64,000 bases of DNA from NCBI GenBank assembly GCA_009103225.1, contig RHPI01000401.1, forward strand, positions 50,290 to 114,289. Reading direction: 5' to 3'. The notes beneath the pieces are model-generated. The model did no database searches and was not told the origin of the DNA. It saw only the letters and a list, made by a program, of their open reading frames with translations. Made by a program: the position numbers and the translations under genes. This DNA comes from Chlorokybus atmophyticus (taxonomy: Eukaryota; Plantae; Mesostigma and Chlorokybus algae). Positions 1 to 12,661 of the stretch are shown in pieces (positions within the stretch are counted from its first letter, which is position 1; each line of letters opens with the position of its first letter).

Positions 1-45
1 ACATTGTGCCAAAGCAGTACAAGCACTAGTGTGCCCAGGACATAC

Positions 46-2120
46 CACAAGAAGAAAATGGCTCCGATGTTGTAGCAACCACGGACAGGTTTGAACCAGA
101 AGTAATGGATCTCACAGTTTTTCCATAGGCTGAGCGTTGGATGCACAAGCGGCCTGACCTGGTTTGCATAGCGCCGTGAGGTTAACACAGGTCACAAAGT
201 GAGCAATACAATGACTAGAGGACAGGCGCTGCAAATGAACGTTGATGCGTCAGCGCAGCTGACTAGTTCTATCAAGTAGTATGGCACACAAGGATGTAGG
301 GTGGGCTGGCTACTATCTAGTAGTACAACGCTGAATGCCCTGCACATCAGCAAGAACGTACCTGCAAGTAGTAACTGAAAGTCAACTTGCACGCCAGTAA
401 CACCAACCAGAAGAGGGTGTACCAAGACGTTTGCCAGAGGGATTCCATCATGTTGCGCCCAACATAGACATGGGTGTCCGACCACCAAAAGAAGGGTAAA
501 AAGATGTAGTACAGGGGGTTATGCGGCCTACTGACGAGTTTGTTGATCAATGGGAGTACCCGGAGCAGGAACCTTGCAGTCGTGGGCCCAGCGTAACCCA
601 ATATGCACCAAAGAAAGATAACATCAAACTGAGTCCGCGTATGGGTCATCACCTGCAATCAAAGAAGGCGCTGAGCACTGTATAGCCAGAGACGCACAAG
701 ACACAACTGATGTTGCTATGCAGTGCTTGATGTCCTCCCCACCAAGATGTATAACATGAGGAGAGCTGAAGCGCAAGCGAGATGCAGGACAGCGTGCGCA
801 AATAGCCTGCAAAGCTCCAGCGCTCGCATGCGCTTCCATATCCCCCATGTAAATCGCAAGTTGAGCACCGCTTGTAGGAAGTTCGCAAATGCATATGTGA
901 CCACCAAGCTGCCCAGCATCCGCCACATGTGGTCCGTAAACAGGTGCTTCTCGTTAAAGGCAATGACAAACAGCGCTTGCAGCGACAAGATGTAACTGCA
1001 TTGAACAGCGACAGTAAATAAGTAGTCAACTTGTGAAAGCGGGACGCAAATGAGCAATATGTCTCGCAACTCACAAGCAGAAAAGGCGATGCCAACAGTG
1101 AAAAAGCGCCAGCCAGCTCCGTTTCTCCAAGAAAGTTTTGCGGGGCTTGCTCGAACTTAGCTGGAGAGTGCCATCAGCATCGCGCTTTGGCGGCCAGCAA
1201 ACAATCTTGTCGTTTATGTCTACGCACTTCTTGGACCAGAAGTACTCATTGACGTCGTCATAGTTACACCAAGCTGTATGTGGCTTGAAGCCCAGGCTGC
1301 TGCGCCTGCTCGTCTCATTTGCACTGTCGGCCTCCTTGGCGCAGATGTTGTAGATAGGAGTCACCATGGTCTTCAGATACTCGTCGTCCCTGACCTCATT
1401 ATCGCTCATGTTGGTGGACATCTCATGAAAGATGTAGCTGAGGCACTCGGGCAGAAAACGCAGATTGGCAGCTTCTCCCCAGATGAGGTAAAAGAGGCAT
1501 GTGGATTGGAGGAGCTGCTTTTTCTGCTGCTCGGTCAAGAGATCCGTCTCGGGCACGCTCACCACGGGATCAAGCTTCAAGTAAGTGCACCAAGTGGTGT
1601 AGTTATTGAAGGTTTTGTTGGCCAGCTCTTTCAGAGCTCTGTTGAAGGCAGTGTCCTGGCGCTGGCCGCCTCTGGTTTCGGCGCGCTTGAGTTTGTTGGC
1701 AAGGAGCAAGACCACATTTTCACGTTGATTCTTTACATTGTCTGCCTGGAAGCCACACACGCACTTCAACCAGTCGAATACGTCCTCCTTGTTTCCAGTC
1801 AGGCGCTGCTTAACATTAGCGACTCGAGATCGAGACGTCCTTGAGTCGTTGCGCTGGCGGATGATGATGAGGCCTTCTGCCTGCGTCCTCAACTCTTCGC
1901 GCACCGCCCGTACCTCTGGCAGCGTGGCAGCCAGATTTCTGCCTTCCAAAGGCATCACGTTGTATACGTGTCCCTGGGACATTGTGTGTGAGGCGGTGTA
2001 CATATGCATGTGCGCGTCTGCACGTGCCTGTGAGCACTATGCGTGCCTATGTGGGTGGAGCAATGTTCTCACACGTACCTGCGCAGTGCCAGGCGCAGTG
2101 GACGGCCCAGCCTCAGCCAT
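46..2120 (-). CDS. CALS: Callose synthase / 1,3-beta-glucan synthase (FKS1-type), 5' portion; the gene continues beyond base 1
   Basis: Exons 2120-2079, 2027-1075, 995-743, 652-362 and 158-46 join in frame across GT-AG introns of 51, 79, 90 and 203 bp. Family motifs: GFQADNVKNQRE, LIWGEAANLRFLPECLSYIFHEM, NYDDVNEYFW, RSWLALFHCWHRLF, YVGRNMMES, KLTFSYYLQVRPLV. No stops or frameshifts. The start at ATG 2120 (MAEAGPS) is inferred. Confidence 0.92.
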
Positions 2121-2750
2121 TGCAGTCTCTACCAGTCTCCTCAACCAGCGCTCGCTTTTTCCACTGGTCCGCCCATGCCATGCACATGCACCCCCAGAGA
2201 AGGCTCAGTGACCTGCGCACGGCGACGGCTTGACGCAGAGGCAGCAGCAGCGCAATGGGGCGACAAAGCTGACAACAGGCGCGCTGGAATTTGAGCTGCG
2301 CATGCACTGCCCTGCCCGCCGACGAACGGCCGCCCACCCCCTGCTCAGCGCGCCGATGTCCGGAAAGCGCTTCACGTTGGAACTTCCGCGACGCTCCACC
2401 TTGTGGAGCGTCGCGGAGAATGTCCGGCCGACATGCTGGGCAGCGACGCTCGGATTGCATACGCTGTGGGCTTGCAAGCCTGTCATGTCAAATAGAACAT
2501 CCAAAATGGCTGTGTTGGTACGCCATGATGGGTGTTTAACACCCATAACATGGCCAGCTTGAAGCTGGAAGGTTAGAAAAAGGCGCGGCTAGGCTTACCA
2601 CAGAGTTGCTGTGTTTTTCTAGATTTGTAAGTTGAAGCCCCGACACGACCGGCGACGACATGCTGGTCGGGGCGAAAGTTTGAGAGGGGAGCTAACAGCG
2701 CTATGTAGGTTACCTACCTCGCAGGGTACACTGTATAGGGGTTACAAGCA

Positions 2751-3160
2751 CAGGGGTGATGCTCACCGCAAACTCGCGTTTTTAACTGTCGGTGGCTGCC
2801 GTTTGGCCGATGGAGCGGCTGTGCGGCGGTCGTTGTTTTGCGACTTGTAGTCTCGCGCCGTAACGTGCTCACTGGCCTCGATAAACTATCGCAGGTCGCG
2901 TGGCGCCAGCTAAGACCGTCCGATCTATAAGGGCATGGGAAATTACCTTGATTACGCAACGACGTATAGTCCCGCGCATTATTATCGATTAAGCTGCGCG
3001 TCATTAAATGAATTGAAAGCTCGCGATACGCGTCCGATCACGACGAAACAATTCACGCCGTGCGATCTGTAGGCTGGACATTTGCGATGAGCACAATCAG
3101 GGGTGATGCTCAACGCAAGCCACAGTTTTCAACTGTTGGTGGTTGCTCGGTTTGTGACGG
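2751..3160 (+). repeat. Diverged ~60-bp direct repeat, 2 copies (about 2751 and 3098)
   Basis: caggggtgatgctcaccgcaaactcgcgtttttaactgtcggtggctgcc versus caggggtgatgctcaacgcaagccacagttttcaactgttggtggttgct. Lies between the divergent CALS and bZIP-like genes. Confidence 0.55.
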
Positions 3161-3699
3161 GTAACTGTAAGCCGCTCGGCCGAATGACCGGCTGCGCACC
3201 GGTCAGCGTCGGTTGTTTGCACCGTTATCATTCACAGAATTACGCTGTCCAGTCTGGGAGCCGGGGGGGGTCCGATTATCTTAAGTTTGCTGACTGCGAT
3301 CTATGTCGTTTGCCGTTGGGTAACGTGAGCAGGTGTGGATTCCGCCGTTCTGAGTTGTGTTGTGTCGACGTATTTGGGGGTCTTGGCAGCTTGTGATGTG
3401 TGATACCTGTTTGTGTGTGTCGACGACGTCCGGATTCAAACGGTATCAACAACAGCGCGCGCATTCCGCCAAACTTCAACGGGATGACGTAGTGAGGAGT
3501 GTGCTGGTTCTGGCTGTTCTGCGCTGTGCGAGGAATGCGGCGAGGTCTTTTTGGTGGAGGGCGGTGGCGATTGTGGTGCGACGGATGTCCAGGGTGATGG
3601 TGTTGAGGGTGAACGAGGAGAGGGGTGGTGGTCTGTTTGGCTCTCCTGCGGACCTTGGTGTGGGTGGAGACCATGTTGATGGCGGTGAGGATGCCTCTC

Positions 3700-5750
3700 G
3701 GGCCATTGCTGGTCGCGCAAGCAGGCGTGAGGGTGTGGTAGAACGTACAGCCAGTTCAACGGCTGATGGAGCGGCTAAGAAAAAGCGTAGGTTGCAGCGG
3801 CGGGAGTCTGCACGGAAGTATCGGGCAAAGAGAAAAGATGTGATTGATGTCATGCGGAGAGATCTGAACTTGTTTGACGGCATGCTTGACAGTGAGGTAT
3901 TGATTCAAGTGGCTTGCTCCGGGCTTTGCTGGAACTTGCTGTCTGATTGTCGCACTCTGGAGATGCTGAATGTGAGCGTGCTATGCCCATGCATTGCACT
4001 CTTGCACCAGTGCTTTTGGGCCAATGTGCTGTTATTGCACACACAGCGTGTGCATCCGCAGTGGCGTTTACCTGGCTCAGCAGGTTCTCCAGAAGGAAAT
4101 GTGGGCCGGTCTTTAGTGCCTTACATCAGCTCGCCTCTGAGCAATATGTGGTGAGTAAAAATTGTCTGCTGTCGTCGAAGTTGAGTGCAATGTCTTTGTC
4201 TATGTGTTTTGGGCGCAGCTGACAGCAGCTGTGCTTGTAACAGAGTGGTGGCTGTGAGAACCAGGAGAACGTGAATCCACACACCACACAGGGCAACTGC
4301 AACACGCGGAGTGCACTTGCACCAGCCGTGCCCCTGCAGCGGACAATCCCGGGCCCATTCACAGAGCACAGTGTGCACTAACAGAGCGTGGACAACATGG
4401 CATCTACGGGCTCGCAGCATACGAGGCCTCAGATAACTGGTTGCAGCCAACAGTATGCTGGAGGTCCGAGGGCGCCTTATATTAGGCCTGTTTATTATGG
4501 GTGGTGTACACCTTATCTTGTTACTGAAACCGGTACTGTGTTGAATTAGCAGCAATCAAGCATGTGCAGTGGACTAGTGCCTTTATACAACATGAACGCT
4601 TGTGCGGACAATTTATCCTGTGTGCAGGTCAGCGTTTTAAGTGCATGATATGTTGGCCAAGGCTGTGAGCTTGATTGCAATGTGTGCGCTTGTATAATGA
4701 TGGCTCTTTATGAAAACACGAAAGTATGTGAGACAGTGAGCCCCATGCAAGATGTGTTAACAGCATGGGAGTCAGAGAGGGTTGGCATGCTGAGTGAGCT
4801 GGCGACTACTGCAGCTGCATTAGCAACGGCCAGGGGAGACAACAATCAGTTAGCGATGAGGCTTGAAGAGTGCGAGTCTGCAAGGGGTATTCTGCAGATG
4901 CAGTTGGAGGATGCAACAACGGAGTATACTAGTGCACACTCTGACACATTAAGTGCGAGTCCACAGAGCTCTGGTGAGCAACCAAGCATGCGTGTAGTCC
5001 CTCATCTACATGGGCCCAGCTGTTGTGAAGTTAGTCAGCGGCTAGAGAAGGTGGGTGAGCAATCATAGTCCCTGGTACGGGAGCTGCAACAATGCAAGGC
5101 TAGCGAGCGGTGTTTGCAAGAGAAACTTGAGGGCTTGTATACCAAGGCTGCCAACGATGGCGAGATGCACCAGGGTGAAGTGTCGCGCTCGAGGGAGACT
5201 TTGCTCCAAGAGGGGCTGCACTTGCTGCTGCCAGCAATTGGAGGTGAGTAAGCATTGTCATGTGCAACATGTTGCAATGCATTGCATGCATAGCAACATG
5301 TTACCTTAAGAACAATTGTTCGGTTGTATGAGTTGAATGCACAGTGTGCGGACTTGGCATGGAGTTTGGCAACGGCGCAAAGCCTGGCAAATTCTAACAC
5401 GACAAGTGAGTGCCGAGAGGCATAGGTTTTTAACCTGGAGCAGCATGTGTGTCGCCTAAAGGATATGCTGCAGGTGCACACTATGCATGAACTTGCGTAA
5501 TTCACATGCCTAACAGCAGCGTGCTGTGTACCTTGCATGTTGTCGCTTAATGGCTGCAACATTGGCAAGGGACTCAGCATGACTTGGCTGATGCAGGAGC
5601 TATTACTCAGGACCTGCAAGGCAGAGCGTTGGGATTAGAGCAGGTGGCAACAGACAGCAAGGGTCACGTGCAGCCGCTGCAGCAGCGGGAACAATCCGTT
5701 GCCAGTCTGCACGATGCACTCGAGGCGCTTCAGTCTGATTAAGCAGAAGC
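3700..5750 (+). pseudogene. Multi-exon pseudogene with a bZIP-like basic region followed by coiled-coil exons
   Basis: KKKRRLQRRESARKYRAKRK (about 3778-3838) resembles a bZIP basic region. Heptad-like exons at about 4750-5243 and 5310-5474, splice donors such as GTGAGT at 4151 and 5244, in-frame TAG at about 5066 and 5414. Confidence 0.45.
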
Positions 5751-6149
5751 TGATGGCATGCAAGCTTGGCATTGACAACAAGTTAGAGAAGAGGAGCACC
5801 TGACATTGCTGCGGAGTGTGGCCATTGAATGCACACATGGCGAGTTGCCACATGAACCTCTGCTGTACGTAACGTGGCAGCTGCAGTCCCCCGGAGCAAA
5901 CATGTGAAGACGATAGAGGTCAGCAAGCTATACCATCTCAGCAACAGCCAGCACAATAACCTGGTGCGTACTTGCAAGAAAGTTCTGCAATTAGCACTGT
6001 TTGTAATCACGGGCACAAAAAGTTTTACCGTTGCAGCATCCTGGGGTGCTCCTGACTTGGTCAGCTGCTTTCAGATAAGTGTCTTGGTTTTGTGAAGTCG
6101 GTTGATGGCACGCCCGTGCTTGATGGCTTGCTTTTTGATTTCCATGATC

Positions 6150-7316
6150 TTTAGATGGTCTGAAGACCATGGAAATCAACTTATCTTAAAGCAGCTCACC
6201 AAGCCAGGAGCACCCCAGTATGCTGCAATGGCGACATACCATGAAATTCCGCTCGCCATATTCACAGAGGACGGGAGTATGCGCAAAAGAGACAAGTTAA
6301 AGTTTCTAGCGGACCTGGCATCTACTTGCCCTCGTGCACAACTACACAAACACCCTGCTGGTGTTGAATGCATCATAGCATAGGGCATGTTTGTCATCAA
6401 CAAAGGTCCTGTAAGCAGTGGTGTGGAGACCATGCATGACTACTTGGCTCAAACAATGCGTACCTCTCTGCTGCCACGCCTCTTTAACCCAAGCGTGCGA
6501 TCATTACACTTGGTGTTTAATGACCCTGCACATGCCACTGGAGTTAAAAGTAATCTACAAGCATCGCGCGACAATGGGACTGCGCGGACAAGCAGGACCT
6601 TGACGCCGCAAAGTGAGGTGCCACGGTCTTGGCGTGACTTGCTGGCTGACAGAGGCTTGAAAGCAGCCTCTGCAACTTGATGACGGCTCACCTCTGCGAG
6701 ATCGAGTCGCACCCTACTTGTGGACAGAGCTTCATCATAGCAGGCGGATCATACCACGTAGAGCTTAAAAACATGGCGAGGGTTGTCACCTGCACAGCAG
6801 GAGGCATTCGTTACGAAGTCAGTTCGCAATGCCAATGCAATCACGTTGAAGCGAACAGCCGTGTGTGGCAGCATGCACACCGTTGTGGGTTTGACACTGT
6901 ACTCATCTACTCTCCGGACACAAATCTGTCCATAATCGGCATGGCTGCCCTGGAGCAGTGGCAAGACCCATGAAGGCAAGTTTTTGTGCAACTTGCATTG
7001 AGTTCGAACAGCTTTGCAAGGCCACCATTCCTGCACTCGTCCAGACTGAATCTGCAATTTGTCACACATGCCACAGACACATTAAAGAGCACCAGCGTGC
7101 CAAGTTCCTGCTGTTGTTTTTCGCTGACATAGGGTCGGACTACACCTGTTACTTACTTTGCTGGCATTAGTGAACACTTCTACTGGTCTGAGGTCCTATG
7201 CCGAGAAACAAAGTTTATCTCAGGAGGTACAAACCTTGATGAAGCCGGAGGGACTGCATTGCTGCTGCGCCTCATTGGTTGCGCCTATTATGCCAAACAC
7301 AAGGTGGTCTTCCCTG
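6150..7316 (+). pseudogene. Academ(X)-like XPG/PIN nuclease region, 5' part (interrupted at 7317)
   Basis: IPLAIFTEDGSMRKRDK, HLVFNDP, WRDLLADR, CNHVEANSRVWQH, LIYSPDTN and IGSDYT match the HEEAD / DTD / GxDY pattern of XPG-FEN1-like nucleases in Academ-type elements. Contains stops and frameshifts. Confidence 0.6.
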
Positions 7317-9266
7317 CGTCGCAAAATTTACATGGTGACTGACAAGGGACTGAGGGACTGACGGGTGCCTGACCCTGCCTGACCCTACCTGACGTAATGA
7401 ATTTGTCCATAAAGGGACTTTTTGGGACGGACGTTACTATCAAGCAACGTATACCGACGGCAAGCGGTCGACCAATAAGTACAATTGACGGCGGCCTGCC
7501 TGTGACGGCAACACCGCACAATAAGGTGACGGCCGATTGTCAATCGTCCCATTTGCGCGATGGCGTTCTATTTGTATAGCTGATAAGTCACGTTTTGGTC
7601 ACATATAGTGACGGCCAACCGTCGGTCATACCCTGACTGTCGAAAAGTATGCGCGACGGCCTGCCTACTTTGGCAAGCCAGTCACCGTTTGTCCCTATCA
7701 TGTGACCTTACCGCGCACTTGACGCGGCGGCGACCTACTTATTGTGTGTCAAGTATGATAAGCAAGTGACCGCCGGTCCCTAAAGGTCGGCAAGTCGGGA
7801 CGGTGGTACCGGCCGGCAAGTAAAGACGCTAGTACGATGCAGCCGCCACACTATGTCAATTGTACGAATAGTGCCATTGTCGAAACAATGGCACTATCGT
7901 ACCATTGGTATGGTACGATAGTGCCATGGCGACAATAGTACTTTCGTACCATTATAATAATACGATAATGCCGTTGCGAGTCATGATTCGATAACGCGTT
8001 TGAATTACTTGGGCTGCCCAAGTTATTCAAACGCTTTACGGCTTCAAGTTGAACAGAGCGTTGCGGGCGGCGGCGGCAACCGCTATCAGTAGGTGAGTTT
8101 GGTTGCTGTCAGATGTTGTACTACGCGCAACACCGCATGCCATCTAACCACCCTCCTTGCCTTAGGGCGGCCATGCCAGGCCAGGCTAGGTCAGATCAAG
8201 ATTGGCGGCGGCAGCGGCGGTGGGAAAGGAACGGCGGCGGCGGAGCTGGAGCGGGCGGTGCAGGAGCCGCAGCTCAGTACAAGGGCAGTATTAGCAGCAG
8301 TACCTGAGGTAGTAGTAGCAGTAGTGGTAGTGGTAGTAGTAGTGGTAGTTCATGTTAAGAGTATTCCTACATACGATCAGCATCGACCCTCCACACAGGA
8401 GTAGAAGGTCGTAAGGACGAGCACTAGGTCCGGACTTAGCAAGATGGCATCGTCGGACCAGACTCCGGACTCCAGACTGGAGCCTTACTAACTGCTTCGT
8501 ATCTCCGCGTATACTTACTCATATTAGACGTGTGAGAGCTTGTTGAAAAGCTCTGATTGCAAGGAAGACAACACAGCTTAGAGCGCGTCAAAAGGCTGAG
8601 TATAGCTTACGCAGTGCTTGAAAACGTAGACGTGTGTGTAACTGGCTAGTATAAGAACCAGCGGACAACTTGTAATAGATGAATGTGATGTGACTTGTGT
8701 ATGCTCTGGTGGCGGTAGCTCTGTCTCTGTGTGTCTATGCTTGCCTCAACTACATGTGCATGCTAGTCCTTCAACAGTTCAGTTGTACTAGCAGCAATAG
8801 TAGCTCAGTATATTACATTGTAATTTATTTACTTTTGTTTTTAATTATTTGTCACGCATTCTTGCACAGCTGATGACGACAATCACGTGTGACACTCAAT
8901 CAAAACTGAGCGATACAAGCAGGTACCTTTAAGAGTACACATCATTAACGATAGGTACCTTAAGGTACCTGATAGTTTCGCTCAGTTATCGTACAGTTGC
9001 CGGTACCTAACTGATAGGTACCGATTAATTACCTGTTGGTTAGGTCAAGTCCCCTTTGCTTAATTTGTTGAGTACCTGACAGGTACCTATTAATTAGGGT
9101 CTGTCCCTTAATGCAGACGGCCGCCAACTGATGGTGACGGCCGTTATGCTCAGGTCCCTGTATTGAGATCGCCGGTAGATAAAAGGTCGACAGTCTAATA
9201 AAGTATCCTCAGGTGCAGGGCCGTTGCCAATATTCAGTCGGCCGGCAGGGGAAACATTTTGCGACG
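7317..9266. mobile_element. Non-autonomous TIR DNA transposon, copy 1 (11-bp TIR CGTCGCAAAAT, TSD TG)
   Basis: cgtcgcaaaat at 7317 and attttgcgacg ending at 9266, with TG on both sides. Removing it restores the host frame (KVVFPAYSS). Homologous to 40423-45031. Carries subterminal GACGGC and AGGTACCT repeats and several hairpins. Confidence 0.85.
8353..8776 (+). mobile_element. Copia-type solo LTR (424 bp, TSD GTTCA)
   Basis: TGTT...CAACA flanked by gttca at 8348-8352 and 8777-8781. Shares blocks with the LTR at 19427 (ccggacttagcaagatgg, ttagagcgcgt..aaggctgagtat). Absent from the paralogous site near 44530. Confidence 0.85.
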
Positions 9267-9830
9267 TGCATACAGCAGCGCTGCTAGCATCCTCCACGAC
9301 TGCAACAGTGTATCAGCACACAAGGATGACGTGCCATCTTCACACAAGTAGTTGCGCAGAATTTAAACTGTCATTCGGTGAAACTGCGGACTACAAGGAA
9401 GACATGCCTTGAGCAACATCACTGGAGCTACATGCCAGACGCAGCATCCGGGTGTTAAGCATGCGGCTACAGATGTGTGTGAATAAAATGAGGATGCCAT
9501 TACTTGCTGAGTATGGGTATCTCCTCGCTAATGGAGTGTACCGGGCTCAGCAGGACACAGAGGAGAGCATGCAAGCCACCAAGATGCGGGCGCAGCTAAT
9601 TATGCATGGATGCAATTGCAAGAAAAACAGGTGCACAAGACACTGCAAGTGCAAGAAGAATGGGACTGCCTGTGGAGCTGGCTGCGGGTGCTTTAACTGT
9701 CAGAACATTAAAAAGACAGCACCCCAAACCAACCATGCGGCCCTTACCGCAAGCGGATGACACAGACAGTGACAGCTCTCATGGTGAGTCCGAAAATGAC
9801 TTAGAAAATGAGCCAGCTCTACAGCGTTAA
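9267..9830 (+). pseudogene. Academ(X)-like element, 3' part with a C-terminal CXC / Cys-rich zinc finger
   Basis: SLELHARRS...AEYGY...HGCNCKKNRCTRHCKCKKNGTACGAGCGCFNCQN followed by an acidic tail. Continues the frame of 6150-7316 once the insertion is removed. Confidence 0.7.
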
Positions 9831-10933
9831 GTAGTAGACCACGGCTCCTCGGATGTAGATGAGTGATTCGACGTGCATGCAAGGCTCGCGCAAACAGAAG
9901 ACAGAGACATAGCTGGGTAAACATGTACACTTGTCAAATGTGTCAACGACCAGACGCACATGCTCTGGAACCAACCATGCATTCTCAGCCCGATATTCAC
10001 CACACTGGCATTTCAACAGGTTGACACAACACTGCCAGCACCCACATATGTACACACACTCAACAAAATCCACACCACACACACCCTAACATGCCTATAC
10101 ATGGTTACAGCCTATGCATCAGGCAGCACCACAAACTCGTGTGCACCGTGACATGGGCAAGTGCGGCCCAGTCTTGGTGTGGCTGGCAGCGTGATCCCGG
10201 ACGCGTGTACCCACTGGGCGCTCCATGCAAGTCCAGCCAAGGCGCCGCCCTAACCACCATTGCAACTCAAGTCAACTAACAGATCAATACAAATTCACAA
10301 GCACACTGCATACGGCACAACAGCAGGCACACAAGCATGCAATGTGTAGTCACAATTGGGACGCAAGCTAACCTGCAGCTGAGTCGTCACCCATTTAGAA
10401 AATGGCGCGTGCAAGTGGCTCCCCGTAGCCCAGGTGCTCCACATATCAGGCAGGACAGGACTCCAGCGCTCAGGGTTCGGCTACTCAGCATGCGCTGTGA
10501 TGGCCATCTCAAATCCATTACGAAAGTTGAGGTGCAGAGTCTCCAGGTTGCCATCCTCCATCTCACGAGGCCATATCATCAGCCCCGGTAATGTTACTTG
10601 CAGGGCAGAGCTATGTTCAGCATGGCTCCACACTGCTCACCAAGCGCTAAACAATAAACCTGCTAACACATTCGCATTAAAGTTGCAATAACCTGTCGCA
10701 TGTCGCGGAAGCAGGAGTTTGTGTCCCGCGTGGACGGATACCTTGATGGCCGATGCTCATTACGCGCACAATCAACAACAGGGGCGTCCTTCACATCTAT
10801 CAGAGTAGACCCACGATGCTGAGGCGCCGCACGCCGACCACGTGCATTTGCCACCATTGCCACCAAGTCCATGACGGCGGCAACGGCCGCGTTCTTCGGG
10901 CGCTCATCAGTCACAACTCTGGCGCCCATGCCG

Positions 10934-10967
<34 letters not shown>

Positions 10968-11493
10968 NCCCCAACAGAAGTCCCGGCCGCCACCCGCGGT
11001 ATGCCACCAGCTATGGCGGCAAAATTCTAGATGCGCGGGAGCACACCGCTTGACGTTAAAGGACCATGAATGGTCCGTGCCTTCGGGCCGGGATTTTGCC
11101 CTGCTTAGTGAAATCGGTGGATCATGTATGGTCCAGCTGTCATTGACAGTCGGACCATACATGGGACCGTGCATGATCCAAATCTCACGTGAACGGTCCC
11201 ATGTTTTTTTGGGGTCGCACCATGTTTGGTCCGGCCAGTTGCCGGTCGCATCAGGACTAGGTAAGAGCCAGCCAGCGGACCAGGGACTTAATCATGAATA
11301 TGTACTGATAACAATTATTACTGGTCCGGCCAGCGGACCATTGAATCCGCAATGTTTATTCAAAACCATCAGAGTTTGTTGCAAATGCAGGAAAAGTGCT
11401 GCGTTTTGAGCCGACGTCACCGGCCGCGCTCGGCCTGCGGGGCGGCAGCGCATAAGGCCGTGGCGTCTTAGAAATGATTAGTGAAGAACACAT

Positions 11494-11565
11494 GCGTCCA
11501 CCGAGAGTCGAACCCAAGACCTTTGGAATATAAACACGACACCCTAACCACTAAGCTACATGCGC
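11494..11565 (-). pseudogene. Degenerate tRNA-like sequence (Ile-like; pseudo-tRNA or SINE head)
   Basis: Reverse complement GCGCATGTAGCTTAGTGGTTAGGGTGTCGTGTTTATATTCCAAAGGTCTTGGGTTCGACTCTCGGTGGACGC has an A-box (TAGCTTAGTGG) and B-box (GGTTCGACTC). Acceptor and anticodon stems are mispaired. Confidence 0.6.
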
Positions 11566-12661
11566 ACGTACCGGTGGGGATAGCGTAGTACTTGCATTGT
11601 CTCGACGGCCGCTTGGCGACTGTTGGCGGCGGAAATTGCACAGGAAGTCGGCGTTGTGAATTGACAGGCCCATAGGCAGTGCATGCGCTATCAATGTGCA
11701 TAGGCTGTACCAGTATTAATCAACGGTATTACATTGTTTTTGGTTATTAATGATGACAGCCGCAACTCGGCGGCTACCGAGGGTTGTGAAACCACAATGC
11801 ATTGTTGGGGGCTGTCCTTAATAATGTAACCTTGTCAGGGGTTGTCCATATCCTGCTTGCGTGCGCATACACACACCTACATCTTTATATATGTAAGCGT
11901 TTGTGAATATATATGCATACGTTTACATGACATAAATACCAAAACCGCATTGCGGCACCAACAGAGGTGTTTACTGGATTTCTTGGACACAATGCTTGAT
12001 TAAAGTTGCCAATCATTCTGCGGTCTCATCAGAGGCTATTATAACAAGTGACGTCATTGATGTATACTTTTTATACATATGTATATGAGACATACTTTGT
12101 ATACGGCTCACCCCCAAGTACTACTGATATAACCATTTAGACCTGCATATTCATGCGTATAAGAATAGATTCGTTTATGACACATGCTGACATTTATATA
12201 TATTATAAGACACCTATATGCATTACAAGATATATATATCATACAATGACGTATACACATATATAATGTTCATATATACGTAGATACTTGAATAAACGCA
12301 TAGAACATGTTAATGGTGCATGTTTACAAATTTTTGCAAATACACGTACGGTACTATGAACCATGTTGATTGCATAGGCAGCCCCTTACAGCTTAATTGA
12401 CAGCCGGCCGGCTGTCAATCAGCCGCCGACCATTTGCGGCTATCCACTTGCGGCTGTCCACGGTGTATAGCCGACGTCGGTGCGGCTTGTCAATTAACAC
12501 GTTAAGTGCACAATGTGCAATCAGGCATGTAGGCAATCTACTGTATCTTACGTAGGTTATTGCTACCTACTCATAATAGCCACAGGGCCGCGGTCACTGG
12601 TCCGTGCCGCACCGTACATGGTGCGGCACGGACCGTGCGGCACAAAGTACGGTGCGCGGTA

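Noticed and set aside
1278-1844. 188-aa plus-strand ORF, and similar antisense ORFs over pol and coiled-coil regions
   Set aside because: Shadow ORFs opposite well-supported coding sequence, with no motifs.
10932-10968. Poly-C tract as poly-Pro/poly-Gly coding or a G-quadruplex element
   Set aside because: Homopolymer containing an N; its length is unreliable and no function is supported.
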